A stretch of DNA of 64,000 nt from Candidatus Aceula meridiana (GTDB lineage: Bacteria > Omnitrophota > Gorgyraeia > Zapsychrales > Aceulaceae): assembly GCA_030765185.1 (NCBI GenBank), contig JAVCDE010000024.1:42975-106974 (forward strand), read 5' to 3'. The notes beneath the pieces are model-generated. The model did not search any database. It was not told the DNA's origin and was given only the letters and a program-made list of their open reading frames with translations. This document shows positions 1-11,765 of the stretch, piece after piece. The first letter of the stretch is position 1. The number at the start of each line of letters is the position of its first letter. A program made the position numbers and the translations under genes.

Positions 1-91
1 CTAAGGCATAGATGTTAAACTGCATCTGCGTATAAATCAGAGCCATAATCGTCATCGCAAAAATCACAAAAAAGAATTTTCTTAAACGCAT
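1..91 (-). CDS. FtsL-like cell division membrane protein, N-terminal part (runs off window)
   Basis: Manual translation from ATG at 91: MRLRKFFFVIFAMTIMALIYTQMQFNIYAL..., basic N-terminus plus TM helix; GAAGGA upstream; directly downstream of mraZ-rsmH, the usual ftsL position. Confidence 0.6.
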   Translation of the reverse strand, partial: MRLRKFFFVIFAMTIMALIYTQMQFNIYAL

Positions 92-118
92 AGCAGTTCC
101 TTCGCTTTTTTTATTCTA

Positions 119-1033
119 TTACGCAATACGCTTAGCCACGCGTAAACGCGCACTACGGGCACGTATATTCTCATGAGTCTCTTGATCCGTTGGTCTTAAT
201 GGTTTTTTAGTGACAATTTCTACAATGTTTTCTTTTGCAAAATAACGAAATTTTTCTTTGATAATACGGTCTTCTAAAGAATGAAAAGCAATAGAACAGA
301 TATATCCATCTTTTTTCAAATATCTAACAGCCTTATTTAAAGCAATATCTAAAGCTTCGAGTTCTCGGTTAACAGCAATGCGAAAAGCCTGAAACGTCCG
401 CGTTGCCGGATGAATTTTATATTGCTGATGTCGCCCCGGGATCGCTTTTAAAATAATGCTTTTCAGCTCTTCAGTCGATTCGATTGGATGCTTAATACGC
501 TGGCGAACGAGTTGATCAGCAATACGCTCGTGAAAACGCTCTTCGCCAAAATTCTTTAAAATGGAAGAAATTTCATTGAACGATAAGGAATTGATTAAAT
601 CGTATGCTGAGATATAGCTTTTGCGGTCCATGCGCATATCCAGAGGCCCATCTGCTTTAATGCTAAAACCTCTCTCCGCTGTTTCTAGCTGATAACTTGA
701 AACACCTAAATCAAGTACAACACCGTCAACTTGTTTAATGCCTAAATCATCTAGGACATCATCTAAATGACGAAAATCTTTCTGGATAAAAGCGCATCGC
801 CCTGAAAATTCTTCAAGATTTTCCTTAGCAAGCATCAAGGAGTCTTCATCGCGATCGATTCCAATCAAAAGCCCATGGGATCCAATCTTCTTTGCAATCT
901 GCCTTGCATGGCCACCAAGGCCAAGCGTACAGTCTAAGACACAGTCTCCTTTTTTAAGATGAAGATTTTCTAAAACTTCATTCATCATGACCGATGTATG
1001 GCTGTTTCGTGTCGTAAATCCCATGCCTGACAT
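119..1033 (-). CDS. rsmH: 16S rRNA m4C1402 methyltransferase RsmH (MraW)
   Basis: DCTLGLGGHA, DLGVSSYQL, GPLDMRMD, HPATRTFQAFRIAVNREL, FHSLEDR motifs; follows mraZ. Confidence 0.97.
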   Translation of the reverse strand: MSGMGFTTRNSHTSVMMNEVLENLHLKKGDCVLDCTLGLGGHARQIAKKIGSHGLLIGIDRDEDSLMLAKENLEEFSGRCAFIQKDFRHLDDVLDDLGIKQVDGVVLDLGVSSYQLETAERGFSIKADGPLDMRMDRKSYISAYDLINSLSFNEISSILKNFGEERFHERIADQLVRQRIKHPIESTEELKSIILKAIPGRHQQYKIHPATRTFQAFRIAVNRELEALDIALNKAVRYLKKDGYICSIAFHSLEDRIIKEKFRYFAKENIVEIVTKKPLRPTDQETHENIRARSARLRVAKRIA

Positions 1034-1038
1034 CCTTT

Positions 1039-1476
1039 TTAAATATCTAATAAATTTTCTGCGATTTGCTCAAATGAATTTTGTGAATCTTGGTAAAATT
1101 CTTGCCAGATACTTTTATCCCAAATTTCGATACGGCTTGCTATGCCAATAACCATGACATCTTTTTTAACTTGGGCAAAATCTTTAAGATATTGAGGAAT
1201 GATAAAACGTCCTTGTTTATCCGGAGCAATCTCAATCGCGCCGGAAAAGAACATGCGGTTAAAACTTCTGCTTTCCCGCTTGGTAAAGGACATGCTCTTA
1301 AATTTTTGTTCTTGAGTAGACCACTCGTAGTCGCTAAACATAAAAATACATTTGTCTAAACCACGAGTTAAAAAGAACCGCTCAATGCCGTTTTCTTTGG
1401 CAGTCTCACGAAACTTCGCAGGAAGGATAATTCGCCCTTTTCGGTCTATGCTATGAGTATATTCACCGTAAAACAT
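1039..1476 (-). CDS. mraZ: Division/cell wall cluster transcriptional repressor MraZ
   Basis: MFYGEYTHSIDRKGRIILP, second DKQGR repeat, IEIW; likely start ATG 1476 behind GGAGGAG. Confidence 0.96.
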   Translation of the reverse strand: MFYGEYTHSIDRKGRIILPAKFRETAKENGIERFFLTRGLDKCIFMFSDYEWSTQEQKFKSMSFTKRESRSFNRMFFSGAIEIAPDKQGRFIIPQYLKDFAQVKKDVMVIGIASRIEIWDKSIWQEFYQDSQNSFEQIAENLLDI

Positions 1477-1485
1477 TTCTTTCTC

Positions 1486-1512
1486 CTCCACTTTGTTCCA
1501 CTCTACTCCACA
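1486..1512 (-). promoter_or_regulatory. MraZ autoregulatory boxes: three GTGG(A) repeats at 10-bp period
   Basis: Minus strand TGTGGAGTAGAGTGGAACAAAGTGGAG; CCAC at 1488, 1498 and 1508 on +; matches known 10-bp-spaced GTGG MraZ operators. Confidence 0.85.
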
Positions 1513-1518
1513 ATTATG

Positions 1519-1547
1519 AGTATATTAAATATATAGGGGATTGTCAA
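1519..1547 (-). promoter_or_regulatory. Sigma70 promoter of the dcw cluster
   Basis: TTGACA-17 nt-TATACT on minus strand, just upstream of the MraZ boxes. Confidence 0.8.
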
Positions 1548-1572
1548 TACATAATTTACCTATTTTATTGGA

Positions 1573-1619
1573 ATACAACGAGTTGTGGAAGTTTATCTAG
1601 CGGCTACAAGATATTGTGC
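1573..1619. promoter_or_regulatory. Tandem NrdR-box-like sites
   Basis: ataCAAcgagTTGTGg (1573-1588) and ctaCAAgATATTGTGc (1604-1619), starts 31 bp apart; compare NrdR consensus acaCwAtATaTwGtgt. Confidence 0.55.
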
Positions 1620-1685
1620 TTGATTGGACAAAAAAATAAGAATATCTCAAAATTGTCTAAAATAAAAGTCTTAGGAATAAAAGAA

Positions 1686-2636
1686 TTAATTGGAGTATTT
1701 TGAATGCGGAACTTTTTTAAAAAAACTTAGCGCTTTTTGCCGATCACTTTCTATGGCGCGAACAAGAGCATCTTCAGTGCTAAACTTTTTTTCTGACCGT
1801 AAACGTTTTAAGAATTTAACCTCGATTTTCTTACCATAAATATTTTTTCTAAAATTAAGAATATGGACCTCAAGGTTTGGCGTGTTCCCTTCTTTAAATG
1901 AGGGTCTTTTGCCAACATTCGAAATCGATTTATAAATCTTTTTTCCTAGAACAGCTTCTGTTAAATAAACACCATAAGGCGGCAAAATTTCTTTTCCCGG
2001 ATTAATGTTCGCCGTCTGAAATCCTAAACGTTTTCCGCGATTATCCCCATGCTGGACTTTTCCAAGAATCGATACGCGACGGCCTAAAAATTCTTCGGCT
2101 TTTCTAAAATTTCCTTTTGAAATAATTTTTCTAAGAGCTGAAGAGCTAATAATAGTTTTTTGATATCGAACCGGCTTAATAACTTGAATTTTAAAATTAT
2201 TCTTTTTAGCCATACAGCTTAAAAAATCTCCATGGCCCTCTCTTGCCTTTCCAAAGTGAAAATCACTTCCAACAAAAATTTCTTTAACTCCAAAACACCC
2301 AACAAGATATTTCTCAATGAAATGTACTGCCGAAAGCGATGCAAACTTTTTTGTAAAACGCATAACAACACACGTCGAAATGCCTAAACTTTTAATCAAC
2401 TCAAGCCGATGCGGCAAAGAAACCAAAAGTGACATCTCAATATTCTTCTTCAAAACATGTACCGGATGCGGAAAGAATGTCATCACGATAGCTGTTCCCT
2501 TAATCGCTTTCGCACGCTTGATTGCCTTTTTAATGAGCATCTGATGACCACGATGTACGCCATCAAAAACCCCAATGGCAACCACAGGGTTCTTCAGTTT
2601 TGTTTTTATCTGAGTGATGTTTTTAAAAACTTTCAT
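1686..2636 (-). CDS. ribF: Bifunctional riboflavin kinase/FAD synthetase
   Basis: GVFDGVHRGHQ, ISSSALR, GKRLGFQTAN, NVGKRPSF, LEVHIL. Confidence 0.95.
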   Translation of the reverse strand: MKVFKNITQIKTKLKNPVVAIGVFDGVHRGHQMLIKKAIKRAKAIKGTAIVMTFFPHPVHVLKKNIEMSLLVSLPHRLELIKSLGISTCVVMRFTKKFASLSAVHFIEKYLVGCFGVKEIFVGSDFHFGKAREGHGDFLSCMAKKNNFKIQVIKPVRYQKTIISSSALRKIISKGNFRKAEEFLGRRVSILGKVQHGDNRGKRLGFQTANINPGKEILPPYGVYLTEAVLGKKIYKSISNVGKRPSFKEGNTPNLEVHILNFRKNIYGKKIEVKFLKRLRSEKKFSTEDALVRAIESDRQKALSFFKKVPHSKYSN

Positions 2637-2647
2637 CGATTTCCTAA

Positions 2648-3343
2648 TTAAAGCATATTGCGGTATTCATCTGGCCGCATCAGATGTGTTTCGTTAACTT
2701 CATCAAGCGAGATAGCTTTTTCAATACAAAACGGCCCAACTTTTGTCCGGTGAATCTGAGAGATGCATGCGCCACATCCTAAAACATCGCCAATATCTTC
2801 AGCAATCTTGCGGACATACGTTCCCTTAGAGCATTCTAAATAAAATTTCACATTCGGTCGTTTAAAATCAAGAAGATTAAGATGAAAAATATTAATTTTT
2901 CTTGGCTCGCGCTTTACCTCAATACCTTTTCGTGCTAGCTGATAGAGCCGCTTTCCTTTATACCTAACAGCTGAAACCATTGGCGGAATCTGTTCTATCT
3001 CTCCAACAAACTTTTTCATCACCTCTTCCACTTGCGTTTGAGCAATATCTTCACACGGTCGCTCATAAATCGTTTTCCCCTTGATATCAGCTGTGCTTGT
3101 GACAAGCCCAAGAGTCATTGTCGCCTCATAGGCTTTATCAAACGAAGAAAACTGATCAAACAGTTTCGTCGCTTTCCCTATCAAAACAACTAAAACCCCC
3201 GTGGCCAATGGATCCAATGTTCCTGCATGGCCAACCCTCTTCATCCGAAACTTTTTTCGAACAGCATCTACAACGTCATGAGACGTCATCCCTGATGGCT
3301 TATTAACAATAAGAATACCTTTAAGTTCTATTTTTGCTTGCAT
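2648..3343 (-). CDS. truB: tRNA pseudouridine(55) synthase
   Basis: NKPSGMTSHD, GHAGTLDPLATG, QIPPMVSA, CSKGTYVR. Confidence 0.96.
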   Translation of the reverse strand: MQAKIELKGILIVNKPSGMTSHDVVDAVRKKFRMKRVGHAGTLDPLATGVLVVLIGKATKLFDQFSSFDKAYEATMTLGLVTSTADIKGKTIYERPCEDIAQTQVEEVMKKFVGEIEQIPPMVSAVRYKGKRLYQLARKGIEVKREPRKINIFHLNLLDFKRPNVKFYLECSKGTYVRKIAEDIGDVLGCGACISQIHRTKVGPFCIEKAISLDEVNETHLMRPDEYRNML

Positions 3344-3348
3344 GGCGA

Positions 3349-4308
3349 TTAAAGATGTTTGTTAAGAATTTTTAACACTTTTTGCTTAACGTCTTTAGCG
3401 TTTCCTCTTACCTGACAACCGCTTGCCGCTTTGTGCCCTCCCCCACCAAAAAAGCCTGCAACTTCTGCCACGTTGACTCGCCCATTTGATCGAAAATTTA
3501 CTTTAGTAAGGCGGGATCCTATCTGTGTAAAAATAACAATCACCTCAACTCCTCGCATTGTTCGAAACGTCGTAAACAAATGGTCACGAATATCAAAACG
3601 ATCGCCAGCATAATCCGTTGTCTTTTTTGATAGGGAGAAACAAACAACCTTTTTTTGAAAAAGTAGTTCAAAGTTTGACGCAACTTTTAAAGAAAATCCT
3701 AAGTCTTCCGGCGAAAACCTTGTATATACCTTTTGATAAAGCTTGTTAGCCGACAAGCCAAAATCTACTAACTGCGCAGCAATACGATGCGTATGCGATG
3801 TTGTATTTTCATAACGAAAAGACCCTGTATCCGTTAAAATACCAAGGTACAAAAGCTCAGCAATTGTCTTGTTCAGAGGAATTTTTAAAGCATAAAAGAA
3901 ATCAAATAAAACCTCGGCCGTCGAAGATGCCTTAGGCTTAACCAAATTATATTGCCCAAAGAATGTATTCGTGACATGATGATCAAAATTAACAATAGGT
4001 TTCTTAAGATCAAGCACTTGTTGAGCTTTTCCAATGCGCCTAAGCTCCCCACAATCAAAAACTAAAGCAACATCATAAGGCACTGCTCGCTTGCCTGGCG
4101 TCTTTATACAAGAAGAACCCTTAACAAATTGATACATCTCAGGAACTTTCTCGCTGTTGATGATATGCACACGTTTGCCCAATGAACGCAGATACTGCGC
4201 CATGGCCAATTCGGAACACAATGCATCTAAATCAGGACTGACGTGCGCACTGATCAACACAGAACGACTTTTTTTAATAAGCTGGTGGACCACCTTATAA
4301 TTCATCAT
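3349..4308 (-). CDS. nrnA: DHH/DHHA1 bifunctional oligoribonuclease / PAP phosphatase NrnA
   Basis: HVSPDLD, DHH, DTGSF, GGGGHKAASG; usual rbfA-DHH-truB-ribF order; start trimmed to MMNYK. Confidence 0.88.
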   Translation of the reverse strand: MMNYKVVHQLIKKSRSVLISAHVSPDLDALCSELAMAQYLRSLGKRVHIINSEKVPEMYQFVKGSSCIKTPGKRAVPYDVALVFDCGELRRIGKAQQVLDLKKPIVNFDHHVTNTFFGQYNLVKPKASSTAEVLFDFFYALKIPLNKTIAELLYLGILTDTGSFRYENTTSHTHRIAAQLVDFGLSANKLYQKVYTRFSPEDLGFSLKVASNFELLFQKKVVCFSLSKKTTDYAGDRFDIRDHLFTTFRTMRGVEVIVIFTQIGSRLTKVNFRSNGRVNVAEVAGFFGGGGHKAASGCQVRGNAKDVKQKVLKILNKHL

Positions 4309-4636
4309 GTAACCTTTCGATTTGATTTTCAATATCAATCCGGTAATCAAGAGTCTTGTCGTAAAAAAAACTGAATTGAGGAATAAATTTTAAATGAACA
4401 CGGCTAGCCACCTTCTTTCGAATAAAATTACCTGCGCTACCTAAGCCCTCTAGGGTCTGCTCAATTTTTTTGTCACCCCCCAAAACCGTAAAAAAAACTT
4501 TAGCCTGACGCAGATCTCGGCTTGTTTCTACTCGGCTAATGCTCGTCAGCTCTAGGCGCGGATCTTCAAGTTCTTTTTGTAAGATATTTGAAATTTCTCT
4601 CCGAATCATTTCATTAACGCGATCCATTCTCCCCAT
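4295..4636 (-). CDS. rbfA: 30S ribosome-binding factor A
   Basis: RMDRVNEMIRREIS, DPRL, DLRQAKVF, PQFSFFYD. Confidence 0.94.
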   Translation of the reverse strand: MGRMDRVNEMIRREISNILQKELEDPRLELTSISRVETSRDLRQAKVFFTVLGGDKKIEQTLEGLGSAGNFIRKKVASRVHLKFIPQFSFFYDKTLDYRIDIENQIERLHDEL

Positions 4637-4646
4637 TAGCTCTCTC

Positions 4647-5918
4647 CTATTTTAACTCCATTTGTTGCAAATAATTATCTTCATCACCTTTAGTCTGAAG
4701 TTCTCCATCAATCTTTTTATAAAGCAAATTTTGTAGAATTTCTTTAATCTGTTTTCCATCGGTAACGCCTAAACCGATTAAATCTTTTCCATCAGTTAAG
4801 ATTTTAATATGCCGATAATCTGTTAAAAACTTTTCTATACTCCTTTTAACAGATTCATCTTTAGTCTTTGCGAGAAAAAAAACAAGCTCCTCTAAGCTTA
4901 AACGATTTAAAATTTTATAAGCCTGACTTGGTTTAATTGCCTCCACAAGCAAACCCCCGATAACCTCACACTCGGTTTTTGAAGAAAAAACTTTTTCCTG
5001 ATCCTTTCTTGATAAAGAAGATTTTTCCAAAGAATTCCTGACCTCATCAAGTCCTAAGCTATCCAAAATCCCCATAAAATAAACAATCCATCGACTTAAG
5101 CTAAGGCTCAAATCACAATTTTCTTGAAACCACTCCAAGCTGCGCCCAATAGATTTCAACAATTCTACGTTCAAAGTCTCTGCGCTCATCCTCAAGTGAA
5201 TAAAACCTAGTCCTCCAAGTTCACCTAAACGCTTAAGGTGTTTTTCGCACTCTGCCTCTTTAAGAATTTTCTTAAATTCTTCTAAATATCGTCCTGGAGT
5301 TACCGTTGCTGCCGCATCGCTTTCAATAGCGTCAATTAAAAACTCTCTTGTTTGCTTCTCAATCTGAAACCCTAGCCGTTGCTCAAACCGAATTGCACGC
5401 AAAATACGCGTCGGATCATCAATAAAGCTTTTTTCATGAAAAACTCGTATTTTCTTTTCCATTAAATCTTCAAATCCATGAAACTCATCAACCAAGACTC
5501 CAAAACTTTTCTTATTGATTGATATTGCCATCGCATTAATTGTAAAATCCCGCCTCATCAAATCGTCACGAATAACTCCAGCGCTAACAATCGGCAGCGC
5601 TCCAGGTCGAGAATAACGCTCTTTACGCGCTGAAGCCAAATCAATCTTTGCTCCACTTTCCCAAGATAAAGTTGCTGTTCCAAAATGTGGATAAGACGTT
5701 ATCGTAGTCTTATGTTTCTGCGAAATTTCTTTAGCAAGTTCAATAGCATCAAACTCAACAACGATATCAATATCAAGATTCTTTTTTTCAATCAACACAT
5801 CGCGAACAAACCCTCCAACTAAATACGCATCAATGTTTTGTATATCAGCTTCTTTAGAAACAATTTCAATCAGCCTTAGGAACTCAGAAGGTATCTTTTT
5901 TAAATCAATCTTTTTCAT
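4647..5918 (-). CDS. cca: Class II tRNA nucleotidyltransferase (CCA- or A-adding)
   Basis: YLVGGFVRD, DIDIV, DLMRRDFTINAMA, DDPTRILRAIRF. Confidence 0.88.
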   Translation of the reverse strand: MKKIDLKKIPSEFLRLIEIVSKEADIQNIDAYLVGGFVRDVLIEKKNLDIDIVVEFDAIELAKEISQKHKTTITSYPHFGTATLSWESGAKIDLASARKERYSRPGALPIVSAGVIRDDLMRRDFTINAMAISINKKSFGVLVDEFHGFEDLMEKKIRVFHEKSFIDDPTRILRAIRFEQRLGFQIEKQTREFLIDAIESDAAATVTPGRYLEEFKKILKEAECEKHLKRLGELGGLGFIHLRMSAETLNVELLKSIGRSLEWFQENCDLSLSLSRWIVYFMGILDSLGLDEVRNSLEKSSLSRKDQEKVFSSKTECEVIGGLLVEAIKPSQAYKILNRLSLEELVFFLAKTKDESVKRSIEKFLTDYRHIKILTDGKDLIGLGVTDGKQIKEILQNLLYKKIDGELQTKGDEDNYLQQMELK

Positions 5919-5919
5919 T

Positions 5920-6806
5920 TTATGGCCGAGGATGAAATTGTTTGTGAATTGATTTTAAACGCTCCCTATCAACATGTGTATAAATTTGAGTTGTCGAAAT
6001 ATCGGCGTGTCCCAACATCTCCTGCACCGAGCGAAGGTCTGCCCCGTGCTCTAAAAGATGCGTCGCAAATGAATGTCGAAGCGTATGCGTTTTAATTTCT
6101 TTCTTTATTTTTGCCTTTTTCGCGCATGCTTTGATAATTTTCCAAATACTTTGACGACTAATCTTTTTTCCTAAACGACTAACAAAAAGAATAGGATTCC
6201 CCTCTTGTTTGATCATCTCCCCTCTTGCTCGTTCTAAATATTTTATAACAGCTGCCGAGGCCTTACGCCCAATCGGAATGATGCGCTCTTTTTGACCTTT
6301 TCCAATACAGCGAACATATCCAATTTCTGTGTTAACATTTTCTACCTTTAGCTCAACAAGCTCGGAAACCCGCATTCCACTGGCATAAAGTAATTCTAAG
6401 ATTGCATTATCGCGAATCTGCTTCCCCTTGCGTCCTTGCGAGACTTTAATCATAGTTTCAATCTCTGCAGATGTTAAAACATCTGGAATCCTTTTCCACG
6501 TCTTTGGCGTTTCCACCAGATGCGTCGGGTCTTCTTTAGCTAATCTCTCTCTTACTAAAAAACGATGAAACATCCGAATCGCAGCTAAACTACGACAAAT
6601 AGAACTTGCAGATAAACCCTTAGACTTTTGCTTCTGCATATAATCCGTAACATCTTGCCTTTTAACAGCATCAGAATCGCTAATGCCTTTGCGAGAAAAA
6701 TATTTAATATATTGCGAAAGATCCTTCTGATAAGCCAAAAGCGTATTTTTGGCTAATCCACGCTCAACAAATAAGTGGTTTAGAAACTCTTCTAAATATT
6801 GCTTCA

Positions 6807-6807
<1 letters not shown>
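5920..6807 (-). CDS. xerD: Site-specific tyrosine recombinase XerD
   Basis: ERGLAKNTLLAY, LYASGMRVSEL, GKGQKERIIP, HTLRHSFATH, LGHADISTTQIYTHV, HKQFHPR. Confidence 0.93.
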
Positions 6808-9336
<2,529 letters not shown>

Positions 9337-10062
9337 TTAATTTCCCTCGACCAAGCGCTCAGCAAGTTTTTTTGGGAATCCTGCTTTTAAAATCTTATCC
9401 TGCGCTGATTTGATATCATAAGCTACACGCTTAATTTCAATTATTTTTTTTTGTGTATCAAAAATTACATAAGCAGCTTTTGGATCTCCGTCTCTCGGCT
9501 GCCCAACACTTCCGGCATTCACAATGTAACGGCAACCTGCATTTAATTGAACACCCCTCTCTTTAAAAGGGTCGCCACTATATGCTTTTTCCACAAAAAT
9601 AGCAGGAGCATGCGAATGTCCCACAAAACATACAAGCGTTTCTATCAATTCAAATATTTGTGTCGCTTGAAAAAAATTGCGTAAATAATCAAATCTCTCA
9701 GGATCTGACAGCGTACCGTGAACCATCACAAAATCATTATCCTGAAAAACAAGATCAAGTGAATCTAAGAAATCCTTATCACCTTGTGAAATATTCTCCT
9801 TAGTCCAAAGCATTGCCTCTTTTGCATAAATGTTAAGTTTCTCAATATCCCTTTTTTCAATGGCTACCCGATCATGATTTCCAGCGATACATACAGCGTT
9901 TAAGCTTTTAATTCTTTCAATACATTCGCTTGGGTTTGCGCCGTAGCCAACAACATCTCCACAAAAGAAATATTTATCGATGCTCTCTTTTTTATAAGCA
10001 GCAATAACTGCTTCAAGCGCCTCTAAGTTCCCATGGACATCTGCAAAAATTCCATATCGCAT
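9337..10062 (-). CDS. Metallophosphoesterase (calcineurin-like)
   Basis: DVHGN, GDVVGYG, GNHD, HG, GHSH, NAGSVGQPRDGD. Confidence 0.9.
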   Translation of the reverse strand: MRYGIFADVHGNLEALEAVIAAYKKESIDKYFFCGDVVGYGANPSECIERIKSLNAVCIAGNHDRVAIEKRDIEKLNIYAKEAMLWTKENISQGDKDFLDSLDLVFQDNDFVMVHGTLSDPERFDYLRNFFQATQIFELIETLVCFVGHSHAPAIFVEKAYSGDPFKERGVQLNAGCRYIVNAGSVGQPRDGDPKAAYVIFDTQKKIIEIKRVAYDIKSAQDKILKAGFPKKLAERLVEGN

Positions 10063-10070
10063 AAAAATTC

Positions 10071-10352
10071 CTAATACGTCCCTCTGATCTCAAAATCCAG
10101 TGACCCGCGTGTAATTTCGGTATAGTTGATATCACTCTTTTTGACATATTGATGAAAATGTTCGTCAAGATGGGAAAGAAAATCCTGGATTGTCTCTTTA
10201 GAGCCTTCAACCACAGTTTCGACACGGCCATCAGAAAGATTACGAATCCAACCTGTAAGGTCTAGCTGCTTGGCAAATCGGTGTGCGGTATAGCGAAACC
10301 CAACACCTTGTACCATTCCGAAATAATAAATATGGGCTTGAACCATATGCAT
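10071..10352 (-). CDS. acyP: Acylphosphatase
   Basis: GMVQGVGFR, GWIRNLSDGRVE. Confidence 0.93.
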   Translation of the reverse strand: MHMVQAHIYYFGMVQGVGFRYTAHRFAKQLDLTGWIRNLSDGRVETVVEGSKETIQDFLSHLDEHFHQYVKKSDINYTEITRGSLDFEIRGTY

Positions 10353-10368
10353 AAATTTAAAATTAAAG

Positions 10369-10443
10369 TCGGGAAGGTGGGACTCGAACCCACGACCTCA
10401 ACGTCCCGAACGTTGCGCGCTAGCCAGGCTGCGCTACTTCCCG
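10369..10443 (-). tRNA. tRNA-Pro(CGG), CCA not encoded
   Basis: Minus strand CGGGAAG acceptor stem pairs with CTTCCCG; anticodon arm CAACG-TTCGGGA-CGTTG; GTTCGAGTC T-loop. Confidence 0.96.
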
Positions 10444-10495
10444 TGATATCTATATATAAAAGTATTAATATTAAATAACGAAGTTAACAATAATC

Positions 10496-10524
10496 AGTTT
10501 AACACTAAGGAGAAAATTCGTCAA
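10496..10524 (-). promoter_or_regulatory. Sigma70 promoter for tRNA-Pro and downstream genes
   Basis: TTGACG-17 nt-TAAACT. Confidence 0.6.
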
Positions 10525-10565
10525 TATTCAGATTTGAAGGATTGAACATGTTTTGCAGGAAGAAA

Positions 10566-11000
10566 CTATCGCTCTTTTGTGGAGAAAACTATTTCCGCTT
10601 CTGTAACCATCTTATCGCCAACAAAGGCCTTGGTTTCCACAATGCCGGTATTTTTGATAAATTTTCTAGTTCTTATCTCAAGTCGCAGCTGATCACCCGG
10701 AACAACCGGAGCCATAAACTTTGCCGTGACTTTTCCAAGATAATAATAAAGGTCTTTGCCTTGAAGGTCGCGGCTATAGTAAAAATAGATGCATCCAGCC
10801 TGAGCCATTGCCTCTATAATTAAAACACCGGGCATTACTTTTTCATCAGGAAAATGGCCTTCAAAAAAGTGCTCATTAGCAGAAACATTCTTGATGGCAA
10901 CGAGCTTTTCGTTCGGAACAAGATCAATAATCTTGTCGATTAATAAAAATGGAAAACGATGCGGGATAATCTTTTTAATTTCTTGTATGTTAAGCTGCAT
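10566..11000 (-). CDS. fabZ: 3-hydroxyacyl-ACP dehydratase
   Basis: PHRFPFLLID, FFEGHFP..VMPGVLIIEAMAQ, PVVPGD. Confidence 0.92.
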   Translation of the reverse strand: MQLNIQEIKKIIPHRFPFLLIDKIIDLVPNEKLVAIKNVSANEHFFEGHFPDEKVMPGVLIIEAMAQAGCIYFYYSRDLQGKDLYYYLGKVTAKFMAPVVPGDQLRLEIRTRKFIKNTGIVETKAFVGDKMVTEAEIVFSTKER

Positions 11001-11015
11001 TTTAAAACCTTTCTT

Positions 11016-11765
11016 TTATTGAATAGCGAGTCCACCGTCCATCTGGATAATCTGACCTGTTAAATATTGCGCTTTTTCACTCAGAAGAAATTTCACACAA
11101 GCCGCCACCTCCTCAGGCTTTCCCATGCGTCCTAAAGGAATAATCTTAGCCAGCTTTTCTTTGTCTTCGTCAGAAAAATTCTCTAAAATATCAGTCTCAA
11201 TGTACCCTGGGGCCACGGCATTAACGCGAACATTATAAAGGGCAACTTCTTTAGCTAAGGATTTGGTAAAGGTATCCATCCCTCCCTTGCTTGCAGAATA
11301 ATTAGTTTGCCTAGGCAGGCCAATCTTTCCGCTTACCGATGAGATATTAACGATGTTTCCGCTTTTTTGCTTCAAAAATGTCACAATACAAAGACGGGCC
11401 ATATTAAACGTTCCGGTTAAATTTGTATCAATGACCTCTTGCCACTCTTTCGGGTCCATCAGCATTAACGCCTTATCTCTTACGATGCCGGCATTGTTAA
11501 CAAGGATGTCCAGGCCGTCAAAGTCTTTTTTAACACTCTCAATCCACTTCTTGACACCATCAAAATCTTTAACATCAACACATGCGCCCTTACCTTTAAC
11601 ACCTAAGGCTTTAATTTCTTTCTCAAGCGCTTTGGCTTTTTCTTCGCTTTTTTGATAATTAAACGCAACGTGACATCCCTCGCTTGCGAGCATCAATACA
11701 ATCGCACGCCCTATGCCGCGCGAGCCACCTGTTACAATTGCCACTTTATCTTTTAAAGAGTCCAT
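11016..11765 (-). CDS. fabG: 3-oxoacyl-ACP reductase
   Basis: TGGSRGIG, NNAG, YSASK, PGYIETD. Confidence 0.88.
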   Translation of the reverse strand: MDSLKDKVAIVTGGSRGIGRAIVLMLASEGCHVAFNYQKSEEKAKALEKEIKALGVKGKGACVDVKDFDGVKKWIESVKKDFDGLDILVNNAGIVRDKALMLMDPKEWQEVIDTNLTGTFNMARLCIVTFLKQKSGNIVNISSVSGKIGLPRQTNYSASKGGMDTFTKSLAKEVALYNVRVNAVAPGYIETDILENFSDEDKEKLAKIIPLGRMGKPEEVAACVKFLLSEKAQYLTGQIIQMDGGLAIQ

